Translations under genes and position numbers: made by a program
Notes under the pieces: model-generated
Database searches by the model: none
The model's input: only the letters and a program-made list of their open reading frames with translations
What the model was told of the DNA's origin: nothing
Shown here: piece after piece, positions 56,544 to 64,000 of the stretch
Layout: each line of letters starts with the position of its first letter
Position numbering within the stretch: position 1 is the first letter of the stretch
DNA from: Macrostomum lignano
Lineage: Eukaryota
DNA length: 64,000 nt
Assembly (NCBI GenBank): GCA_002269645.1
Contig: NIVC01000033.1
Span: 981,335 to 1,045,334 of the forward strand
Direction: 5' to 3'

Positions 56544-57142
56544 CATGGTAATATTCTAGTTGCTATGCGGCTGCTGCACCTGTAGCCATGGTAATATTCT
56601 AGTTGCTATGCGGCTGCTGCACCTGTAGCCATGATGATATTCAAGTTGCTATGCGGCTGCTGCACCTGTAGCCATGGTAATATTCTAGTTGCTATGCGGC
56701 TGCTGCACCTGTAGCCATGATGATATTCAAGTTGCTATGCAGCTGCTGCACCTGTAGCCATGGTAATATTCTAGTTGCTATGCGGCTGGTGCACCCGTAG
56801 CCATGGTGATATTCTAGTTGCTATGCGGCTGGTGCACCTGTAGCCATGGTGATATTCAAGTTGCTATGCGGCTGGTGCACCTGTATCCATGATGATATTC
56901 AAGTTGCTATGCGGCTGGTGCACCCGTAGCCATGGTGATATTCGAGTTGCTATGCGGCTGGTGCACCTGTATCCATGGTGATATTCGAGTTGCTATGCGG
57001 CTGGTGCACCCGTAGCCATGGTGATATTCGAGTTGCTATGCGGCTGGTGCACCTGTATTCATGGTGTATCCAGGATGATATTCGAGTTGCTATGCGGCTG
57101 GTGCACCTGTATCCATGGTGATATTCTAGTTGCTATGCGGCT
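56544..57142. repeat. 43-bp satellite, right part
   Basis: Same unit resuming in register after the retrotransposon, about 14 units. Confidence 0.95.
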
Positions 57143-57330
57143 TTAGGCGCTGCCCGCAAATCAAGAGCGACGGTGGACCCGCAGCCCAACTGCAGACCCC
57201 TGAACAAGCACACGGATGCGCTCACAGCAGGCCGCGAACCCCAAGTTAATTGGGGCCGGCGGCAGCGCATGGAATCGAACCCGGGGTCTTCGGAGATCGA
57301 GTCTGGCGATGCGCTACCGCTGCCAGCTGT
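57141..57330 (-). mobile_element. tRNA-derived SINE-like element
   Basis: Minus strand shows an A-box-like TGGCAGCGGT and B-box GGGTTCGATTCC, but stems do not pair as in a functional tRNA. Confidence 0.5.
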
Positions 57331-57410
57331 CTGCTGGAATTTATCCGCCAATTCCGAAGGCCTGAAGCGAAGGACTTGCATTCGAACTGTAAACATGCAG
57401 TGTTTGATCG

Positions 57411-57425
57411 ACTCTCTCTCTCTCT

Positions 57426-57470
<45 letters not shown>
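57411..57470. repeat. (CT)n microsatellite
   Basis: Direct reading. Confidence 0.95.
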
Positions 57471-57473
<3 letters not shown>

Positions 57474-57954
57474 TTGTCCTCTAGGTGTATATCTGCTGCC
57501 TCCGAATCTCGCTGAACCATCTGCAGTCCGCTGCTTATTGCTTCTAATCTGCCCTCCAGGGTCATCAATCATTTCAGTTTGAGTGACAGGTGCGCAGATA
57601 ATCTGGTTTGACCATTTGACCTTGAACTGGCGCGCTAACACAGTGCCACCGGAATACCTACTGCACTGCCGGCCGGTCCGCTGCAATGGAGTCAAGCTTT
57701 ATGGATTGGATTCGGGCTGGCAACTCGCCCATTTCTCTAAACTGAACACTTGCGCTGTTCGCCGATGTACTTTAGCCATGGCCGTCTGTCACCCGCAGCG
57801 GTAATAGACAGCTGTGTACGGCCTCACCTGTCTTCAGAATAGGAAGAGCCATTCATGATTTGCCTGAGAGGACATGATTTACTAGTCATTTCCAATGGAT
57901 CTGGCATCTCATCTGACCCATAAGAATGCTGCATCACCCTTCCAGATCCTTGCG

Positions 57955-59197
57955 GTTGCTGGGCCAGCCTCCCATCTCCTCAGTTGCTGGGCCAGCCTCC
58001 CAGATCCTCAGTTGCTGATCCAGCCTCCCAGATCCTCAGTTGTTGGGCCAGCCTCCCAGATCCTCAGTTGCTGGGCCAGCCTCCCAGATCCTTAGTTGCT
58101 GATCCAGCCTCCCAGATCCTCAGTTGCTGAGCCAGCCTCCCAGATCCTCAGTTGCTAGGCCAGCCTCCCAGATCCTCAGTTGCTGGGCCAGCCTCCCAGA
58201 TCCTCAGTTGCTGGGCCAGCCTCCCAGATCCTCAGTTGCTGATCCAGCCTCCCAGATCCTCAGTTGCTGGGCCAGCCTCCCAGATCCTCAGTTGCTGGGC
58301 CAGCCTCCCAAAACCTCAGTTGCTGGGCCAGCCTCCCAGATCCTCAGTTGCTGAGCCAGCCTCCCAGATCCTCAGTTGCTGATCCAGCCTCCCAGATCCT
58401 CAGTTGCTGGGCCAGCCTCCCAGATCCTCAGTTGCTGGGCCAGCCTCCCAGATCCTCAGTTGCTGATCCAGCCTCCCAGATCCTCAGTTGCTGGGCCAGC
58501 CTCCCAGATCCTCAGTTGCTGGGCCAGCCTCCCAAAACCTCAGTTGCTGGGCCAGCCTCCCAGATCCTCAGTTGCTGATCCAGCCTCCCAGATCCTCAGT
58601 TGCTGATCCAGCCTCCCAGATCCTCAGTTGCTGATCCAGCCTCCCAGATCCTCAGTTGCCGAACCAGCCTCCCAGATCCTCAGTTGCTGATCCAGCCTCC
58701 CAGATCCTCAGTTGCTGATCCAGCCTCCCAGATCCTCAGTTGCCGAACCAGCCTCCCAGATCCTCAGTTGCTGATCCAGCCTCCCAGATCCTCAGTTGCT
58801 GAACCAGCCTCCCAGATCCTCTGTTGCTGAGCCAGCCTCCCAGATCCTCAGTTGCTGATCCAGCCTCCCAGATCCTCAGTTGCTGAACCAGCCTCCCAGA
58901 TCCTCTGTTGCTGAGCCAGCCTCCCAGATCCTCAGTTGCTGGGCCAGCCTTCCAGATCCTCAGTTGCTGAGCCAGCCTCCCAGATCCTCAGTTGCTGAGC
59001 CAGCCTCCCAGATCCTCAGTTGCTGAGCCAGCCTCTTAGATCCTCAGTTGCTGGGCCAGCCTCCCAGATCCTCAGTTGCTTAGCCAGCCTCCCAGATCCT
59101 CAGTTGCTTAGCCAGCCTCTTAGATCCTCAGTTGCTGGGCCAGCCTCCCAGATCCTCAGTTGCTTAGCCAGCCTCTTAGATCCTCAGTTGCTGGGCC
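57955..59197. repeat. 28-bp minisatellite (GGGCCAGCCTCCCAGATCCTCAGTTGCT)
   Basis: Direct reading. Confidence 0.95.
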
Positions 59198-59635
59198 ACC
59201 ACCGCCCCCTCCAGCTCCGAGGCTGGTGGACCACCCTAACAGAAAAAAAGTCGCAAGTGACAGAACTTTCTACTAGCTACTACTAAATAACTTCAATAAA
59301 CAATGCATATTTATGTACATTGTATGCATTCGGTCCGCAGCCACCCCAAAGTCGCCAATGCGAGTTGCCAGGGCCGGGCACGCATTCGCAGTACCGCAGC
59401 CCCCCCCCCGCCCCGCATTCTGGCTGCGACCAGCCGCCCGCCAGAGCCCCGCCAGCGCGCTGATCTATCAGATAGCGCAGCAGCCCTTAATAAATTGTCG
59501 GTCCAATTTTTTTCAATCAGTTTCAATCTGCCTACAGATTTTTCGCTCCATTCAGACGATCGCGCAGCCAAATTTAAGTTTATTCGCACCAGCCGAGGTC
59601 TTCAATCAGCGACTAACTGCAGACAGCTCCTGGCG

Positions 59636-59756
59636 ATGTCTGGCAGCCGAGCTCCACCAGGCGTCGGCTTTGGCGCAAGCCTGCCGCTGCTGCTGCTGCT
59701 GCTGCTGCTGTGCCTTGCCGGGACTGCCGGAGGGCAGGAGGAAGAACAGCAGAGCA
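59636..59756 (+). CDS. First exon of a secreted protein (signal peptide)
   Basis: MSGSRAPPGVGFGASLPLLLLLLLCLAGTAGGQEEEQQS; hydrophobic core, small residues at the cleavage site, donor A|GTAAGT (phase 1). Confidence 0.75.
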
Positions 59757-59865
59757 GTAAGTTTGCCCTGCTTCACTGGGCTTCTTCTAGGGGAGGGGAT
59801 CGTGGTGGACTTGCAGATTAGCTAAATGAAATCAAATTATTTTAATAAACGAATTACTTACGGAC

Positions 59866-60532
59866 TGGTCTACCCGACTCCACCAATCTGTCCACCAACT
59901 TGTCTACCAGACTCTCCAACAATCTGTCCACCAATTTGTCTACCCGACTCTCCACCAATCTGTCCACCAATTTGTCTACCAGACTCTCCAACAATCTGTC
60001 CACCAATTTGTCTACCAGACTCTCCACCAATCTGTCCACCAATTTGTCTACCAGACTCTCCAACAATCTGTCCACCAGCTTTTCTACCCGACTCCACCAA
60101 TCTGTCCACCAATTTGTCTACCAGACTCTTCACCAATCTGTCCACCAGATTGTCTACCCGACTCCACCAATCTGTCCACCAGATTGTCTACCAGACTCTT
60201 CACCAATCTGTCCACCAGCTTTTCTACCCGACTCCACCAATCTGTCTACCAGCTTGTCTACCAGACTCTCCACCAATCTGTCCACCAGCTTGTCTACCAG
60301 ACTATCCACCAATCTGTCCACCAGCTTGTCTACCAGACTCTCCACCAATCTGTCCACCAATTTGTCTACCAGACTCTCCACCAATCTTTCCACCAGCTTG
60401 TCTAACAGACTATCCACCAATCTGTCCACCAGCTTGTCTACCAGACTCTCCACTAATCTGTCCACCAAATTGTCTACCCGACTCTCCACCTATCTGTCCA
60501 CCAATTTGTCGTCAACCAGACTGTCGACCAGT
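59866..60532. repeat. 36-bp minisatellite built of 12-bp subunits (CCACCAATCTGT CCACCAATTTGT CTACCAGACTCT)
   Basis: Direct reading. Confidence 0.92.
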
Positions 60533-61321
60533 CTAAACCATAATGTCTACGAATCTGTCTATAAAAAAGAATGTCTTAGAATTTCTATGTAAACGGATTT
60601 CAGAATGATTATTAAAACTTCTGTCAGAATGATTAATAAAATGTCTCTCAGAATACCCTGGAACGTATCTGGGATTGCATTTCAGGATTTCAGAGATAGA
60701 ATATCCTTCTAAAACATGTCTTGAATTTTTCTCTCGGACATTAGCTAGCCGAAGTGAACAGGTGCCACGGAATCGGTTTTGTCAGGTTAGAAACGGTGCA
60801 GGAAAAGTACCCAAGATTCTGCCAGGTATTTACGAACTCTAAGAGTACCGACAAAATTAGAGGTGACAACGATCGCAAATTGTTCTATTTTACGAGATTG
60901 CGGCTCGCATATCTGACAGAAGCACTCAATAAAGTTATCAGCAAGCAGGTGAAAGTAATTATTGTCTAGCCGTAAAAAGCTTGATGGCAGCCAGCAAGTT
61001 GGGTGCAAAACTGGCATTGGCAGACACAGCAGCCACCCAACCGGACCCAGAGGTCAAACTGTCTGGGCCGCATTGAAGTGGCCAGAATTACCAGCCTGAC
61101 CAGAACCAGTTTATCTGGCGGCTAATCTCCTTGGGGTTCGCTCGCTTCCAATTAGCTTGAATACGCACAGGTGTATACAGTATGATCTGCACGACGGTCT
61201 CTTTAAACTTTGCCGGCTAAAACGGGTGTTGAAATGAAATAAAATTCTTAGTAAATCAATATTGAGACATACGGATTTTAGTCCACTTATATCTTATGGA
61301 CGATTTTAGTAGGCATCTCGA

Positions 61322-61650
61322 TATCTCGCGTCGCACTTTTATGCCAGCGGCCCAGGTTCGAATCCAAGCTGGAGAGGGCCGTCGCATTAATTTGGAGCTA
61401 AATTGAAATCTTGGCTTGGCTCTGCTCTTGCAATTAACACCCTTGAGAGCCAACCTCCCAAGGCGCAGTGAAGTGTACATACCTAATGATAAATAAAGTT
61501 AGGGCCGCTGTACACTCCTGTGTAAGTGTGTACCTTTGGGTGTGCCTGCTCAGGAGAGTCGTTGGAATGGGCAGCAATGCCTCTCGCCGGTTGTTTGACA
61601 ATGTCGCTTAAAGTGCGTTAGGGTGCACAAAGCCCTTGCCTATACACGTA
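61322..61650 (+). mobile_element. tRNA-derived SINE
   Basis: B-box GGTTCGAATCC; body shared with 9352-9491 and 62162-62378. Confidence 0.72.
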
Positions 61651-62161
61651 CGCTCGTACTTAAATTAGGAATTGAAGGCGATTTTAGCGTGACCTTTTGG
61701 CCCGGCGGGCAGAAAATCCGGCGCGTTTATCGTCATAGAAACTCTGGCTGCCAATTAACAGCCAGCAAATCAGTGAGTGGCTGCAAATTTTCAATTTAAC
61801 TTTCAATACTTCAAGTAGTCTATCGTCGCCAATGTCGCTTAAACGGCGCCCTCTGATTCTCAACTCACCTTTCTTTTTTGTTCAGATGTTGGTTCTACCC
61901 ATCATACAAGTGAGTCCTCCAGGAGTCAGTTGCTCAGGCCTTCTCAAGGATTTTAGCTCGTCAGTGGGGGCTGGTTGCTTTGTGGAGCTAAGGGACTGCG
62001 AACGAATTCTCATTATGATTTGCATTGCTCGGCTCAGCACACCCAGCTTAGTGGATCCGCAGTCTGTCTCAGTCTCTCGACCACAGGCGGGGAAGAAAAC
62101 CACGAAATGAACCGCATGCAAACACTTGATAACTTTTTATTAGAGACTTATTTTGAGTGAA

Positions 62162-62378
62162 ATTGTCACACACAAACGGCGAGAGGCATTGCTGCCCATT
62201 CCACCGGCTCCCCTGAGCAGGCAGCGGCCCAAACTTTATATATCGCTAGGCATGTACACCACACTGTGCCTTGGGGTTAATGGCGTTAATTGCACGAGCA
62301 GAGCCAAGCCGCCGAGATTTGACTGCACCTGGGCCGTTTGGAACATAAAAGCGCCGCGCCAGACCAATAGACTGCGCC
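62162..62378 (-). mobile_element. tRNA-derived SINE, inverted copy
   Basis: Reverse complement has A-box GGCGCAGTCTATTGG and blocks shared with 61322-61650 (CTTGGCTCTGCTC, GGAATGGGCAGCAATGCCTCTCGCCG). Confidence 0.7.
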
Positions 62379-62559
62379 CTAAACACTCGTGAACAGGTCT
62401 TCACGTGGTCTATTCACCTGTTGTTCCTGTCTCTTTCGCGCAATTTTCCTGAATGAGTTTTGACTATCGGGAGACCCCATTTAGGGTTATACAAAAAACG
62501 AATATTTTCGACATCAATTAGATAACACAGCTGTTTTTGAGTAAACTCTAATTTTGTAG

Positions 62560-62858
62560 ATGCTTCGAATGTTTCCTTCGAAAACTTGCAAGTAGGCCTT
62601 GGGAAAAAATTCCTTCCTTCATTTTGGAACTTTCGAAAGTGAGGTTTCATTTCTTCTTCCTATATACTAATATTGGTCTGTCTCCATTTAGGTATCTGAT
62701 CTATGCGATTTATTTTAGCGAAACGGCTCAATTCTATGCTGAAAATGAACGAGTGGAAGAGTCTTTTCCACTCTTTGAAATATCCGGATCCATTCGTCTT
62801 CAAATAGACAACTATAAAAAAAAACATGCTCCAAATCGACATGCTAATTCAAAAGCAT
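62560..62858 (+). CDS. Probable internal exons 62560-62638 and 62692-62858 of the secreted mucin-like gene
   Basis: ttttgtag|AT, AA|GTGAGG, ccatttag|G and T|GTAATT give phases 1-2-1, linking exon 1 to the exon at 62954 without stops. Confidence 0.5.
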
Positions 62859-62953
62859 GTAATTTAGCTTCAAAACCGTGTTGTCCATTCTAGTCTCAAT
62901 TGTTCGCACTTACGCTCGTAAATAAGGACGAATATAACCTTTCTCCGCTGCAG

Positions 62954-64000
62954 CCGGATTTCAAAACACATTCAAAATCATCATCAAGCACTGCTGCGAA
63001 GAGTGCAAGGCAAAAGAAAAAAACGTAACACAGCATCTGAAAGACCCTAAAAAAGGAACTAAAGAGTTCTTTGTGCACTTTTTGCAACACCTAACCGCGT
63101 TCAACAAGCTGATCGACTGTTGTACCGCCTGTCACAATGACAGTTGGGACGATACTGAAATTGACGAAGAAAAAGCCAAGCCAACGAAATCAACAGACGA
63201 AAAAACAACAACTTCGAAACCAATATCCAGAACGACAAGCACTGAACAGGAAACTACTGCTTCAACATGGAGCACCCAAGTAAAAAGCGCCACGACACAG
63301 ACAGTTGAGAGCTCGACCGTGAGTGGCGCGACGCCCAGCAGCGAGGCCGAGACTGCGAGCACTGCGTCTGCGTCTACTGTTTCCACTGCGGAACCGGAAG
63401 CCACAAGCGCCGCCAGTGTCGAGACGCCGAGCGTGAGTGTACCAGAAGCGACAGGCCCGACATTGAGCACGGAGTCGACACAGACAGTCGAGAGCTCGAC
63501 CGTGAGTGGCGCGACGCCCAGCAGCGAGGCCGAGACTGCGAGCACTGCGTCTGCGTCTACTGTTTCCACTGCGGAACCGGAAGCCACAAGCGCCGCCAGT
63601 GTCGAGACGCCGAGCGTGAGTGTACCAGAAGCGACAGGCCCGACATTGAGCACGGAGTCGACACAGACAGTTGAGAGCTCGACCGTGAGTAGCGCGACGC
63701 CCAGCAGCGAGGCCGAGACTGCGAGCACTGCGTCTGCGTCTACTGTTTCCACTGCGGAACCGGAAGCCACAAGCGCCGCCAGTGTCGAGACGACGAGCGT
63801 AAGTGTACCAGAAGCGACAGGCCCGACATTGAGCACGGAGTCGACACAGACAGTTGAGAGCTCGACCGTGAGTGGCGCGACGCCCAGCAGCGAGGCCGAG
63901 ACTGCGAGCACTGCGTCTGCGTCAACTGTTTCCACTGCGGAACCGGAAGCCACAAGCGCCGCCAGTGTCGAGACGCCGAGCGTGAGTGTACCAGAAGCGA
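62954..64000 (+). CDS. Mucin-like Ser/Thr/Ala/Glu-rich exon with a Cys-containing lead-in and 61-aa tandem repeats; runs off the window
   Basis: ctccgctgcag|CC acceptor; open frame (KHCCEEC..DCCTAC..) followed by a 183-bp unit recurring at 63308, 63491, 63674 and 63857. Confidence 0.75.

Noticed and set aside
57225-57330. Functional tRNA gene
   Set aside because: A and B boxes are present, but the acceptor and T stems do not pair; it looks like a SINE head.
2644-60592. Many long ORFs inside minisatellites (e.g. 2644-3417, 12763-13305, 15995-17249, 17817-18594, 27954-28937, 31892-33149, 41842-42395, 58124-58830, 59826-60592)
   Set aside because: They are open only because the repeat units lack stops; they appear in several frames and lie in introns or between genes.
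60749-60948. Additional exon of the mucin-like gene
   Set aside because: It has a phase-1 acceptor and an open frame, but its evident donor is phase 0 and does not fit the next phase-1 exon. It cannot be supported without transcripts.
63132-63953. 273-aa hydrophobic minus-strand ORF
   Set aside because: Antisense of the Ser/Thr-rich mucin exon, which has a proper acceptor on the plus strand.

Overview
Eukaryotic (animal) genomic DNA with GC-rich spliced exons and a different minisatellite in nearly every intron. This style suggests a flatworm such as Macrostomum (inference, not verified). (1) Minus strand, 1-30673: a rootletin (CROCC) gene of about 2000 aa in at least 18 phase-consistent GT-AG exons; its 3' end runs off the window. 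It has a duplicated exon pair, candidate alternative first and last exons, and several RFX X-boxes. (2) About 34.4-41.4 kb: an AT-rich, CpG-stripped, TpA-rich block holding decayed repeats, a TIR element and one small CpG-retaining island. (3) Plus strand, 41572-46185: an MDM1-like centriolar microtubule-binding gene (5 exons, about 850 aa), head-to-head with rootletin. (4) 47650-56543: a young Ty3/Gypsy LTR retrotransposon with a CATG target duplication, inserted in a 43-bp satellite that carries X-box-like motifs. Its U3 region is almost devoid of adenine, a candidate ADAR hyper-editing scar. Its 3' end has been replaced by a 5'-truncated RTE-type LINE, leaving 43 bp of the 3' LTR. (5) From 59636 to the window end: a secreted Ser/Thr-rich mucin-like gene with 183-bp coding repeats. 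No rRNA, intact tRNA or CRISPR locus was found. All coordinates were read by eye.
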